Made by a program: the position numbers and the translations under genes. 64,000 nucleotides of DNA from Nitrosopumilaceae archaeon. GTDB lineage: Archaea; Thermoproteota; Nitrososphaeria; Nitrososphaerales; Nitrosopumilaceae. Of the stretch, positions 1-11,054 are shown piece after piece; position 1 is the stretch's first letter; each line of letters starts with the position of its first letter. The stretch lies in the NCBI GenBank assembly GCA_965208905.1, contig OZ242365.1, positions 128,001 to 192,000 on the forward strand, in the 5' to 3' direction. The notes under the pieces are model-generated. The model searched no databases, was not told the origin of the DNA, and was given only the letters and a program-made list of their open reading frames with translations.

Positions 1-9
1 GTCAAAAGG

Positions 10-747
10 GTGGGCCGCTACATCAAGGGCAGGATGGTGGAGCGATGCTTCCGCAAGTCATCCATGATCTTGCCTATATGCAACCATCTCAAGGAGATAG
101 TGGGGCGGAGATACCCTGGCATGCCTGCCACTACCATGTATCAGGGGATAGATCCGAGTAGGTGGAACAGCAAGGACACGGGTGCGTCAAAAGGGGGCGA
201 CATGGACCTTGCACATCCATGCGTGGGCCTCCTACAGAGCGCTAGCATCTGGGGCAAGGTTCGCGAGATGCTCGTGTTGCCGGAGGTCATGAAGGCGCTG
301 CCTGATGTAACCTTTTACTGGGCCGGTGACGGTCCGTACCGCGACGAGATACTCCCGGCGCTCTCAAAATGTGACAACTTTGTGTGGCTCGGAAATCTGG
401 ACTATCCAGACGCCGTTAAGAGATACCTTGCCGAGATAGACATGTATGCCCTGATTAGCGGCATCGACATGTCGCCACTGACGTTGCAAGAGGCCCAGCT
501 GATGCAGAGACCTGTATTGGCCACCGATGTGGGCGGCATACCGGAGCTTATGCAGGACGGAACCACAGGTATATTGGTGGGACGGCAGAACCCTAAGGAT
601 ATCGCGGCGGGGATCGAAGAGCTACTACATGATGAGAAAAGATCAAGGAAGATGGGCAGGAACGGCAGGCGGTTTGTAGAGGAGAACTTCAACTTGGACA
701 GGATCGCGGCGGATTTTGTCAGGGCGGCGGAGCCGGTAATGGGTTAA
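10..747 (+). CDS. GT4-family glycosyltransferase (probably 5'-truncated by window edge)
   Basis: AGDGP and 'LQEAQLMQRPVLATDVGGIPEL' GT-B motifs. Confidence 0.9.
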   Translation: MGRYIKGRMVERCFRKSSMILPICNHLKEIVGRRYPGMPATTMYQGIDPSRWNSKDTGASKGGDMDLAHPCVGLLQSASIWGKVREMLVLPEVMKALPDVTFYWAGDGPYRDEILPALSKCDNFVWLGNLDYPDAVKRYLAEIDMYALISGIDMSPLTLQEAQLMQRPVLATDVGGIPELMQDGTTGILVGRQNPKDIAAGIEELLHDEKRSRKMGRNGRRFVEENFNLDRIAADFVRAAEPVMG

Positions 748-2042
748 GAGATACTTGCCTCGTGGCCGAGATCTCTCGTTATGAATATGCGGTACCAGAC
801 CTCAAAGGCTAAAAGTCCCAGAAACTTGTTGACATACCGTACGTCTTGGATGTCGCGAGACAGATTGCGCAGAATCCACTCCCTGTTTACCCACCCGTCG
901 TGCACGGTTCGGGCACCGTCTGCCAGATACGCGGCGCATGTGTCATACCCGTGCCGCCTCCAGTAAGACACGGTATCCGGCGAGAATCCGGCCTTGGAGT
1001 CTGATACCAAGTGGTCCAGATTCATTGCGCGCAATAGGGCGCGAAGCGGCAGCTTACCCACACCGCTTTTTGTATCGTACTTCTCGTCTGCCCGCACATT
1101 CATGGCGTACAGTATCATGCCACTTGAGAGAAGAGGGGACGCGGTAGGAATGCCAAAGCGGCGCGACATGGCGCTGCTAACGTGTGCAAAGTTGTAGAGT
1201 AGCTTGCCGTTGTAATCGGCCAGAAATACCTGTTCCAGCGGCTCCAGTCGGTTGTTAAAGTGCGGACTCAGCACCCTCCAGATATCGTCCCACGAAAACT
1301 TCATGCGGGGTCCGAAGACATTCTCTTGATCTGGTACATAGTCGCGCCGGTGGTTCCTGAGATAGGCGCGCATCCTGTGATCTGGAGATGAGATACCTCC
1401 ACATTCCGCCAAGAATCCCTCATACCTGAAGGTATACCCCCCGAAGAGCTCGTCTCCACCGTCGGCCGATATCAGAATGTCGGCAGATTCCGCCGCCGCC
1501 TGTCTGGCTACGTGATACCAGTGCAGATCCCACATGGGCAAGGCCGCGGCGGAGACCGCCGTGGGCATCTCGTGCGCATAGTTGTCAACGTTCACTATGG
1601 TGTGGTCTACTCCCACATGCTCCGCGGTGCGGGCAGCCGCCTCGGTCTCGTCATATCCGTCAACAAACCGTACCGATATGGCCTTTATATCCAGATCTGG
1701 AAAGTGCCGACACAGCAAACCCAGCACCAAGGTGGAGTCGACACCTCCGCTCAGCGAGACCGCAACCCGGGCATCGGGTATATCGCGGAGCATACCGTCC
1801 AATGCCTCCACGGCTAGGCTCTCTATCGCGCCAAGCGAATACTGTGGCGGGGGACGGGTCGGACGTATGTCGGGCGGTCCAACTGCCTGCAGGGTGGGCT
1901 CCAGCAACGGATTGTAGCGCAACGACAGAATATACCGCGCAGCGGCAGGATCGTACGCCGCGTCCTTAGGAAGATCGCGTTTTGCCATGGCTCTCTTGCC
2001 TACCCTGACCGGTTCGCCCTCCTGCGTCTTGACTTTTGTCAT
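744..2042 (-). CDS. Asparagine synthase C-terminal-domain (ATP pyrophosphatase) protein of a polysaccharide locus
   Basis: SLSGGVDS PP-loop, DGGDELFGGY, GKLPLR, KAGF; start uncertain (1988-2081). Confidence 0.85.
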   Translation of the reverse strand: MTKVKTQEGEPVRVGKRAMAKRDLPKDAAYDPAAARYILSLRYNPLLEPTLQAVGPPDIRPTRPPPQYSLGAIESLAVEALDGMLRDIPDARVAVSLSGGVDSTLVLGLLCRHFPDLDIKAISVRFVDGYDETEAAARTAEHVGVDHTIVNVDNYAHEMPTAVSAAALPMWDLHWYHVARQAAAESADILISADGGDELFGGYTFRYEGFLAECGGISSPDHRMRAYLRNHRRDYVPDQENVFGPRMKFSWDDIWRVLSPHFNNRLEPLEQVFLADYNGKLLYNFAHVSSAMSRRFGIPTASPLLSSGMILYAMNVRADEKYDTKSGVGKLPLRALLRAMNLDHLVSDSKAGFSPDTVSYWRRHGYDTCAAYLADGARTVHDGWVNREWILRNLSRDIQDVRYVNKFLGLLAFEVWYRIFITRDLGHEASIS

Positions 2043-2169
2043 AGGGGCACGGGAATCACAACATTTTACAAATCTTTGCAATGCGGGGAAATTGCGTGCC
2101 GTCGCGTTCCAAAATTGGATGGGTTGCTACGGTGTTGGTAGAGTAGGTGGTTGGATTACAATTTCCTCC

Positions 2170-2592
2170 CCTACCGACTCGCAGTTCTACGCCAACGATG
2201 CAGAGACCAGAAAGAGGGACGAGTCTACATACAAGAATCCGGTGGATCTTGACATCAGGCATATATTGGCACGACTAAAGCACCCGCAGATCAATGGCAA
2301 GATGGAATGGCTGCACGGGGAGATTGAGTGTAATCTGCACCGCTTTGAGGCATCCTCGTATAGCAGCACCGTAAAGAATTCCGAATCGGGTAATATTGGA
2401 GGCCAATTCGATACGGAACGGTAAAACCTGCCCTTGAGCAGTTCATGGAATGGTACCATTACCGCCGGGTGCACATGTCTCTAGACTGGTAAAACAGGGA
2501 AACACCCGCCTAGGAATTCCTACGTAAGATGGCTCCCGCAGGGGAGATGGTCGTAGACGAACAAACCGGGGAGGGGTACCGCGCAGAATGAC
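2170..2592 (+). pseudogene. IS481-like integrase-core transposase remnant
   Basis: 'SQFYAN', 'HILARLKHPQINGKMEWLHGEIE'; frameshifted downstream. Confidence 0.65.
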
Positions 2593-3054
2593 CCACATAC
2601 AGACTCAAGTCGGGCCGGAGGCATATTCCACAGAGAAGGCATCTAGCAGAGTGGAAATGGAATCTGGTCCGGCGGCGGGCCGGATTCTTTTGTTTCTTTC
2701 GCAAGGTACTTGTCAGGTAATTTGCATATATTGGTAACCGCTTTGCTTTTTGAAGTTGATCGTGCATAATGCCTCTAATGTCTACGATATACAAAAGATT
2801 CAAGGTTTTAGTTACCAATAACAGACATTTTGAACTATTTTTTGACATGAAGTGGCAACTATTACTTATTTGTGGTACTTCAAAAAGTGAAACAGTAACA
2901 TATTTCGACCATGACATCCAAGGCGCGAACTACTTTCCAGACAGTATATAAATATGATCCAGTAGTCTAACACAAACTTTTCATCCAACACACTAATTTA
3001 CCAGTCCCACGATAACCAATCTTTTAAAACCACCATAAACCTCCTCAGTAACAT

Positions 3055-4155
3055 ATGGCGGATAGAAAAACTAGAATAGCATTCATTTACAAAGCATCCG
3101 ACCCCTTCTGGACGGGTAGACACTATGACAACACGCTCTACGAGTTTCTTGTCAAGGCCATGCAGCGGAACAGGGATGTAGACTACATGCTTGTACCCAT
3201 ATCCGGCGAGTACGATGCGGGGAGATCGCTTAAAGATAGATGCGATGCGGTCATCCTTGCCGCATTTAGGGACTATAATATGCCGAGGATATGCGGGTTG
3301 AAATCGTTGGATGTGCCGGTGCTCGCAAGGTGTGGTGACTTTCACGATGCCCGACGATACGGGATGGGTGAACGAAATTACGATGATTACGGGATCGACT
3401 GTGTGTTCAATTTCATAAGTGAGAGATACTTTTACAAATATTATCCCCGCCACATGAATTATAGAACAATATTCTTTGGTGTTGAGCCCTCATTGTACCA
3501 GAACCTCACGCCGTTCAAGCGTAGAATAGGGGACAAGATACTCAATTCCGGTACTACTGCCAGAGTGTACCAGAACCACACACCCTCCAAGCACCAAGTG
3601 GTGGGAAATGTTATCAATTTCGTCTCAGTTACCCCCGGAGCCATCTGGTGGAAGATCGCTGGCGTAGCGTGTCTGTCGTACGCGATAGATGTGCTCAGAA
3701 ACCCCGAGGGACTTCCGCTCAGGTCGCGGCTGTTGCATCCGAAGCTACCCACATACCATTTTTACAAGTTGAGAACTGACTGCAACCGACTCGCATACGT
3801 AGTGTATGGAAGAAGTGCCTCGTACCAACAAACTCTGTCCAAATATAAAGCGGCAATAGCCGCCACCACTCCTTACCCCACCATAAAATACTGGGAGATC
3901 GCCGCCGCGGGCTGCCTTGTATTCATGGAGATCACAGAAAATAACCACGGCCACTATCTGGGATTCAGGGACGGGGAGAACTGTGTTGTCATAAACGAGT
4001 ACAACTACAAGGAGCAGTTTAAGAAATATCTGGACAATTCAGACGATCCAAAATGGGAAAAAATAGCAGATGCCGGTAGGTCTCACGCCATGCGGAACTT
4101 CAGTAATGACAAGGCAGTAGAGTGTCTCTTGGAATTGATCAAGGATCTGTCATGA
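3055..4155 (+). CDS. Glycosyltransferase-like protein (CgeB-type C-terminus)
   Basis: 'IKYWEIAAAGCLVF...GFRDGENCV...IADAGR'. Confidence 0.7.
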   Translation: MADRKTRIAFIYKASDPFWTGRHYDNTLYEFLVKAMQRNRDVDYMLVPISGEYDAGRSLKDRCDAVILAAFRDYNMPRICGLKSLDVPVLARCGDFHDARRYGMGERNYDDYGIDCVFNFISERYFYKYYPRHMNYRTIFFGVEPSLYQNLTPFKRRIGDKILNSGTTARVYQNHTPSKHQVVGNVINFVSVTPGAIWWKIAGVACLSYAIDVLRNPEGLPLRSRLLHPKLPTYHFYKLRTDCNRLAYVVYGRSASYQQTLSKYKAAIAATTPYPTIKYWEIAAAGCLVFMEITENNHGHYLGFRDGENCVVINEYNYKEQFKKYLDNSDDPKWEKIADAGRSHAMRNFSNDKAVECLLELIKDLS

Positions 4156-4210
4156 ACGGCGCATATTGGATGTTACAGGGCGAGGAACCCCGTGCGCGGG
4201 ATGGTGGTCG

Positions 4211-5125
4211 ATGAGATTTTTGGTGACCGGCGGTGCCGGTTTTGTTGGAAGCCATATAGCAAAAGCGTTGTTGGTAGCGGGGCATTCGGTGCGCATATTG
4301 GACAACCTGCATACAGGCTCTCTGAAACGACTGTCCGATGTTTTGGACATCTTGGAGTTCGTTAAGGCCGACATCAGGGATTTAAATGCCCTAGATGCCG
4401 CCATGCACGATTGTGACGGTGTGTTCCACGAGGCAGCACTCGTGGCCGTGCAGGAGTCCTACGACATGGAACAAGAGTATCGCGATGTCAACGTGGGCGG
4501 CACGGAGAACGTTCTAAGCTTGGCCGCAGAGCACGGCGTAAGGGTGGTCTACGCCAGCAGTTCGAGTGTTTACGGGAACGCGCAGTTCGTCCCGATACAT
4601 GAGGATGCGTCCAAAGCACCCGAGAACCCCTACGGCGTCACCAAGGCCGATGCAGAAACGGTTGCCTTACAATACATGGTCAGGGACGGGGCCGGGGTAA
4701 TAGGACTGCGCTACTTTAACGTATACGGAAGAGGCCAGACGGGTTCATACGCCGGAGTGATAACACAGTTTATGCGGAGGCTAGAAGGAGGCATGCCTCC
4801 CGTAATCAACGGGGACGGCTCACAGTCGCGCGACTTTGTACATGTGTCGGATGTGGCATTTGCCAATCTTGCTGCCATGACCAGTCATACACGTGACGGC
4901 TTCTTCAATGTGGGTACAGGCAGGAGCATCACCATCAACGAACTGGCGCGCGCCATGATACAGGCCTACTCACTGGACACGTCTCCAGAATACGCGGATC
5001 TGCCGCCGGGTGATGTGGCGGCAAGTAGGGCCGACACCTCGCTCGCCACACAGTCCCTGCCGTGGACGTATTCCATAGGTCTAGAGGACGGACTAGCCCA
5101 GCTGGTCGGTTCCACTCCCTCCTGA
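4211..5125 (+). CDS. NAD-dependent nucleotide-sugar epimerase/dehydratase
   Basis: TGGAGFVG, ASSSSVYG, YGVTK, LRYFNVYG, RDFVHV. Confidence 0.95.
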   Translation: MRFLVTGGAGFVGSHIAKALLVAGHSVRILDNLHTGSLKRLSDVLDILEFVKADIRDLNALDAAMHDCDGVFHEAALVAVQESYDMEQEYRDVNVGGTENVLSLAAEHGVRVVYASSSSVYGNAQFVPIHEDASKAPENPYGVTKADAETVALQYMVRDGAGVIGLRYFNVYGRGQTGSYAGVITQFMRRLEGGMPPVINGDGSQSRDFVHVSDVAFANLAAMTSHTRDGFFNVGTGRSITINELARAMIQAYSLDTSPEYADLPPGDVAASRADTSLATQSLPWTYSIGLEDGLAQLVGSTPS

Positions 5126-5214
5126 ACGCACTGGATCGGGCCCATTCATGAAGACCGATTTTGGGGCATTCTATTTACGCCCGACACCTTGGACGGTCCA
5201 GAGGAGCCAACCTG

Positions 5215-5405
5215 AGCCTGTCGGAGGCATAGTGTGGGTCCTACGGCTCCGTAGACTACAAGTGGCACGAGACCATCAGTATAAAGGGAATAGTAGGCAA
5301 GCACGAACGTTACGAGTGCAACGAATACGGTGTCAGGTTCACCGACAGATCCGGCTTTAAGGGGATGCATTATGCCGAATGGATTGTGCTCCAGGCGCTG
5401 CATGG
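5215..5405 (+). pseudogene. IS6-like transposase zinc-ribbon remnant
   Basis: 'HERYECNEYGVRFTDRSGFKGMHYAEWIVLQAL' resembles 'QQYKCKDCGKRFTQNLGFEGKHATPEQITMAV' of 30356-31492. Confidence 0.55.
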
Positions 5406-5879
5406 CCTCCGGTATATGCTTGGTTTTGCTAATCTACTCCTTGAATGCCGTGGTTGGCTGATCTGTATCTGCCCCAGGCATGAACTCCGTGTCTTTGGGT
5501 ATTGCTTCTTACTCTTTATCGGCGATTGCTGTCAGAGTACACAGAGACGAAAGGATGATCTAAATTCTGCGATTTAAATTGTCCTTACCCACACCCAGGA
5601 TGATCGCATGTTTCTGACCAGCAGCACATGCGTGTTCACATACACGTACCGTGTGAGTCGTGGGCAAGCGGATTCTGGTCTATCCTCGGTGGGTGGTCTC
5701 TAATTCATCTGTACGTGATGTGAAATTCATCAGATCAACATACTACATGATACGACACAATACGGTAGACACACAGCCATTATGGCACCTACTGATGCCA
5801 AAATGCATGGTGTGGAATCTATACCTGATGTCCATAGCGGAACATAAAATTCAGAGTCGTTTGCATCAGATAATGGTTG

Positions 5880-6175
5880 TTAAGGACACTCCGGTGTTTA
5901 GTCTGGACGACAGAGAAATTGCGAATAAATAAGATCGTTATCAATCGGACCAGAATCTGTAAGCGTGACACTTATAATGATGGAAATGATAGGCATCAAA
6001 CATATATTGGCATGCATAAAGCACCCGCAGACTAACGGTAAGCTGGACTGGCCGCCTAGGGAGATCCGATGCAAATTGCACCGTTTTAAGGTATTCTCGT
6101 ATGGTAGCGCCATCAAGAGTTCCGAACCTGACCACGCTGGAGGACAGTTCGGCATATTGCCTTGGAAGTACACCG
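5880..6175 (+). pseudogene. Second IS481-like transposase remnant
   Basis: 'KHILACIKHPQTNGKLDW...LHRF' homologous to 2260-2410. Confidence 0.65.
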
Positions 6176-6224
6176 TATCATTTGAAGAGGGATTGGCTAA
6201 AACCCTTGTTGCTAGCTGCGGGCG

Positions 6225-7061
6225 GTGCTAGCGTTGGCCATATTACATGTGTGGGATGTAGCTGGTGTGGGAAGTATTCTGTGTAAGTGGCAACGAAGGG
6301 CAGGTCATCGCAGTAACGTGCTGATGAGATCCACGCATGATCCATTTGGCATATCACGATATTATGGCAGCACGCTTGTGCGCGATGGAAAATCGCTTTT
6401 TATCAAGGCTCATTTGATGGCAACTCGAGCAGACGTTTTGCATCTACACGACATGGTTCTGCTGTTGCCCTGGTGGAGACGGCTACATGTTGGCAAGCGT
6501 ATGGTGTTACACGAGCACGGTAGCAGGACACGCGACACACCGCCGCACATACGAGCACCCTTGGAACGGTATGTTGATCATATATTGGTTGCCATGCCTG
6601 AGATGCTAGGATACGGACATACAAAACAACCCACGTATCTACCTATTCCGATAGATACTGAGTTGTTTATGCCACGCGACATACCGCAGAATAACAAGGG
6701 ACTGGTACTGATGCAGCGTTCCCAAACAGAACAGGAAACCTTGTCCCTGCTTGAGGAAAACGGTTATGCTGACGTAGATTGGGATTGTGTTGTACGGGGA
6801 AACAAATTGGTATACAATGGACGACAAAATTCACTGTATCAAGATATGCCAGAGATGCTCTCACAGTATCAGTATTATGCTGACGTTCGTGTTATAAATG
6901 GAGTGCTACTACGTGACTACTCTTCAACGGCACTACAGTCAATGTCGCTTGGCCTTGATGTTACCGGAGGTCCAGATTACAAGATCCATAACAAGCTTCC
7001 CGACATACACAGACCGGAAAACATCGTGGCAAAGTTGGATACTATATATGAAAGCCTATGA
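6225..7061 (+). CDS. Glycosyltransferase-like protein
   Basis: GT-B-like N-terminus 'ILHVWDVAGVG', 'ADVLHLH', 'LHEHGS', 'PIPIDTELF'. Confidence 0.6.
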   Translation: MLALAILHVWDVAGVGSILCKWQRRAGHRSNVLMRSTHDPFGISRYYGSTLVRDGKSLFIKAHLMATRADVLHLHDMVLLLPWWRRLHVGKRMVLHEHGSRTRDTPPHIRAPLERYVDHILVAMPEMLGYGHTKQPTYLPIPIDTELFMPRDIPQNNKGLVLMQRSQTEQETLSLLEENGYADVDWDCVVRGNKLVYNGRQNSLYQDMPEMLSQYQYYADVRVINGVLLRDYSSTALQSMSLGLDVTGGPDYKIHNKLPDIHRPENIVAKLDTIYESL

Positions 7062-7562
7062 TACAACAGGGTTCTGGTATGCGGTCAGGGGTCTTTGTGT
7101 GTTAACTGTTGATGGTGCTTTATAGTCATTCTACGTACTTTACGCTTATGATGTATAACGTGTGGGTTGCATTAAACGCAGTAATGGCATACTGTAACAC
7201 CCTTGTCATATATTCACACATAACACTGACTGCATTTAGAATGATTTTGCTCGATATTGCATCAAATGTATCATCTAGAAGATCACCAAAAGACGGACTG
7301 CGGGGCAATAGTGGGGGAGACTGCGCAAAACCATCCACAATTGCATAAAATAGAGCATAAAATAGGTACACACATTTTGTACGATGCATCTAGTCGTATG
7401 AATGCATTTTGTATTGACCATATGATCATGTAATGATCAATAACTGTCTATTCTCACGTCTTTTGTCTGAATCCCATCAGTTGGCAGATTTGGGCAAGTT
7501 TACCTTTCGGTAAACTGGTATCTTAGATAAAGATAATTAGTACGATTAGCTAAATTATACGA

Positions 7563-9005
7563 ATGGTGCAACAAGAACAAACTATGCAGACAGAGCATGA
7601 CCACCCTGTTGGCAAAAGCATTTTGAGTATTGACGTAACAGACTTTGGTCCGGTAACAAGAGGAGTTCTGAATCTGAAGCCACTCACGATATTGGTTGGC
7701 CCTAACGGTTGCGGCAAGTCTCACATTGCAACCCTTACTCACTCAGTCATAAATGCCGAGTACGATGCCCCAGTTGAAATGTTAACCCCTAATCCAAATG
7801 CGTCGTTTAACATAAACACTCTACTTGAGGAAGCTATACGCATACATAACGCACGTATGGCCGGTGCCAATTCCATTGATTCAAACATATATGAGTCATA
7901 TACTCGTCACAAATTCCAAAAACTACATGATATGCTCGCCGCTAATTTTGCCGGAGGGCACAAGTCTCTCATTCGTACAGGAAAAGAGCATTTCAAAATC
8001 ATATTGACATCAAAAGACCTCAGTGGAGTAGTAGAATGCACCGATACCATAACGAGCATACCTGCGAATAAAGCACGACTAAAAATTCATTTCAAAAGGC
8101 ACAAGGGTTCTATAAATGTCGATTTGGACAAAATGTTGCGCATAGACGGTGATACTGTACATATTGATATTCCTGATTTTCATGACCATAAACTGCTTGA
8201 GGCAGGCGCAGCATTGCCATTACTGACGGCTGCACTTCACATCAGGCAACCATCTTTGGGGCGCAGCATATATTTTCCCGCCGAACGAGGAGGTTTGACA
8301 TTGGCATACCGATCTCTGACACTACATTTTTACAATAATATTGGCTGGCCTAGCGTAAATTCCCTAGATTTGGACATGACAAACGTTTCAACCAACTTTT
8401 TAAGTCTACTACTTAAGCACGCTGGGGACAAAACAAAGTTTGCGGACTCTGTTGAAACCTTTGAAAAAAAGGCGCTAAATGGGTGTATCGTCGCACGTGA
8501 GGATGAAAAAAAATCAATAAATGTAGTTTTTGAGCAGTCTGGCGCCAGTTTTCCGCTCAGCAAGTCGGCCTCGTCAGTCAAGGATTTGGCCCTGTTTTTG
8601 CTGTATTTGAAACACCGAGCAAATAAGGGAGAGACCGTAATCCTGGAAGAACCCGAGACTACCATGCACCCGAGAAATCAGATAATGCTTGCCCGCTTTA
8701 TTGCCAAGATGGTTAATGCGGGATTGCGTGTGTTGATTACCACGCACAGTCAGTATTTTCTGGAGCAATTAAGTCATTGTGTAATGGCTGGCTCTAGTTC
8801 TGGAGAAGGTCCCATACCATTTCAGAATGATGAGATGTTAAACAACAATAGCGTAGCTGCATACGGATTCAAAAAAGATGGCGACGGTTACCGCATGTCG
8901 CCTATTGAGGTTGATGCTGAGGGTATTCCGCAGTATGAATTTATCGATGTAAGCGAAAGTTTGTACGACGAGCTCTTGAGATTGGAGCGGGCTGATGATT
9001 CGTGA
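7563..9005 (+). CDS. AAA_15/AAA_21-type ABC-like ATPase
   Basis: Walker A GPNGCGKS, 'FPAER', signature 'SASSVK', Walker B ILEEPE, H-loop ITTHS. Confidence 0.9.
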   Translation: MVQQEQTMQTEHDHPVGKSILSIDVTDFGPVTRGVLNLKPLTILVGPNGCGKSHIATLTHSVINAEYDAPVEMLTPNPNASFNINTLLEEAIRIHNARMAGANSIDSNIYESYTRHKFQKLHDMLAANFAGGHKSLIRTGKEHFKIILTSKDLSGVVECTDTITSIPANKARLKIHFKRHKGSINVDLDKMLRIDGDTVHIDIPDFHDHKLLEAGAALPLLTAALHIRQPSLGRSIYFPAERGGLTLAYRSLTLHFYNNIGWPSVNSLDLDMTNVSTNFLSLLLKHAGDKTKFADSVETFEKKALNGCIVAREDEKKSINVVFEQSGASFPLSKSASSVKDLALFLLYLKHRANKGETVILEEPETTMHPRNQIMLARFIAKMVNAGLRVLITTHSQYFLEQLSHCVMAGSSSGEGPIPFQNDEMLNNNSVAAYGFKKDGDGYRMSPIEVDAEGIPQYEFIDVSESLYDELLRLERADDS

Positions 9006-9501
9006 CATGTATAATGTACATGTCTCTGACATGTGTAAGGACAATAACAAGTGCAGCGTTATACTACCGGAGTCGTTCTTTTCCTTATGCGGCGAGGATG
9101 TCCGAGACATGTTGATAAGCGGTCGCAAACGGAAAAAGATGTGCGATTGCATAATTGTCGACAACCAAGAAAGCCGAATAACGTTGGCCGAGCTCAAATC
9201 CGGCAAACCCAATGCTGGAATGGTTAAACGTGCCAAAAGTCAACTAAAAACTGGTCTAACCATACTAGCAGAAATACTACAACAGGCCAACATACCACAA
9301 ATTAAGATGCAGTTGATATTACTCAGTAAACGACCTCGAAATGATTCGGTGCTTGTGTTATTGAAAAAACCAGTGATAGACTCTTGGCCAAAAACGCGTG
9401 TAATACGTGTTGACTGCGACTCTGCACTTCCGGACTCGTATACAGATGTGAGTGTGTCCGATGTGGCGAAAATGGGACTGTATAAATATCCGTTGAATTA
9501 G
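8995..9501 (+). CDS. Small putative PD-(D/E)xK nuclease partner of the ATPase
   Basis: 'CDCIIVD...LAELKSG...AKSQL'; overlaps the ATPase stop. Confidence 0.55.
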   Translation: MIRDMYNVHVSDMCKDNNKCSVILPESFFSLCGEDVRDMLISGRKRKKMCDCIIVDNQESRITLAELKSGKPNAGMVKRAKSQLKTGLTILAEILQQANIPQIKMQLILLSKRPRNDSVLVLLKKPVIDSWPKTRVIRVDCDSALPDSYTDVSVSDVAKMGLYKYPLN

Positions 9502-9811
9502 AGAGCGGATTTGCTCTTACGGAACTCCCATGTGTATGGGATGGTTAACCAATGCTGACTTTGTTGAGGTAATGCGTTCTGGTCCAAGTTAATTGTTGTA
9601 TGTTGGACATACTTTTTAATTTTAACTCAGGTTGCCCCAGTATACGATGGTATCGCCCAAACAATATCATGAATTTTGCCGGAAAGCGGAGGTCAAGGGG
9701 CCTTGAAGCCGCCCCTCACCTTGATGGGGCGGCAAGAGGTCCCGACTCTGGAAAAAATGCGCAGTCTCCCCCACATAATACAGGGCAGTATTCCCTTCCA
9801 CTGAAGGGTTT

Positions 9812-10860
9812 CTAATGCTGTATTGCCCGTGTGCGTATGCGTTGCATCTTGCGCTTTACAAGACCTTCATTCTTGGTTCTATACTCGGTATCATTGGTTA
9901 GCATATGCCAGATGATCTCAGTCATCGTTCTTGCGATAGCGACCTTTGCCTTCATCTTGCCTATTCTGACCGATAGTCTCTCGTATTTTGCCTTCAGACG
10001 AACATCATGTCGTACCGCGGTAGTGGCCGCTTCCACCATGGCGTTACGCAGTCACACAGAGCCAGTTTTTGTTATGTGGCCATCTTTTTTGACATCCCCA
10101 CTATTCCGGTGTGACGGTACCAGGCCCGCATATGAGGCCATCTTTTCGGCGCTGGGAAACCTCTTGTGGTCTGAATCTCGGCCAGTACAGTGATGGCTGT
10201 TATGTGTCCTATTCCTGGTATGGTCATAATACGGCGCGCCCTTGCATCATCCAGTGCCATCCGGGCAATTGTATTTTCCAGAGATGTTAGTTCCTTGTTT
10301 ATAGTGCAAATTACACTCCGGTGCATATTTACCAATTGCCGGTCTATGTCACGCATGTTTATTTCATCAGCATTAATAGTGCAGAGTGTTTCTGGTTTGC
10401 GTGGGTATTTGCAGATGATGGCATGTATGCGGTTTCCACGCGCTACACGGGCACGCTACAGATCCAACCTGCCGCGCACAAGGGCACGCATGTCCCGATA
10501 GTAATTGCTTGGCACATACGACTCGGATATCATGTCGGACCGAAGTAGGTCCGCCAACACCTCTGAATCAATCTTGTCGTCCTTAAGCTTTGCCTGCGCT
10601 ATGACCTTGGTATTTCTTGGGTTTGCCATCTTTATCTCAATACCTGCTTCGGCCAACATATCATATGGCAGCACCCAATAGTTTCCTGTAGATTCGCAGA
10701 CTGCCTTGGCAGGCCAGTATTTCTTACTAACCATTTGTGTAAAATCAGATATTTCTTTGGTGTTATTTGCAAACGACACTCGATGTATGACACTGCGTTC
10801 TTTCCCCTTTATGGTTGCAACACACTTTTTCAAATGAACGTCAATTCCGATGTAATACAT
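9812..10860 (-). pseudogene. IS110 DEDD recombinase/transposase with two frameshifts
   Basis: YIGIDVH, CESTGNYW, KDDKIDS, TIPGIG, KAKVAIAR spread over three frames. Confidence 0.9.
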
Positions 10861-10884
10861 TTTTCTATTTTCTCACCTCCTTTA

Positions 10885-11054
10885 CAATAAATTGAACCCG
10901 ACCAGCGGAAGGCTCCCATTCGCCCTCAATGTGGCAGTCTACCATCCGCATACCTTGAGTCAATCTGTTCAACGCCTTTATGCATGGCAAGCTCAACACG
11001 ACTCTCAGGCCCAACAGGGTAGATGGAATGCTCAGGCTAATAATGCCCACACAT
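10885..11054 (-). ncRNA. Putative IS110 bridge RNA (copy 1)
   Basis: Closing stem 11005-11014/10892-10901; two arms, each an internal loop capped by a GCC..GGC hairpin; loop 10963-10971 identical to flank 11058-11066. Confidence 0.7.

Noticed and set aside
5405-5600. Possible tnpB 3' remnant ('KDDLNSAI'); similarly a possible 5' remnant at 54836-55110
   Set aside because: Too degraded to support
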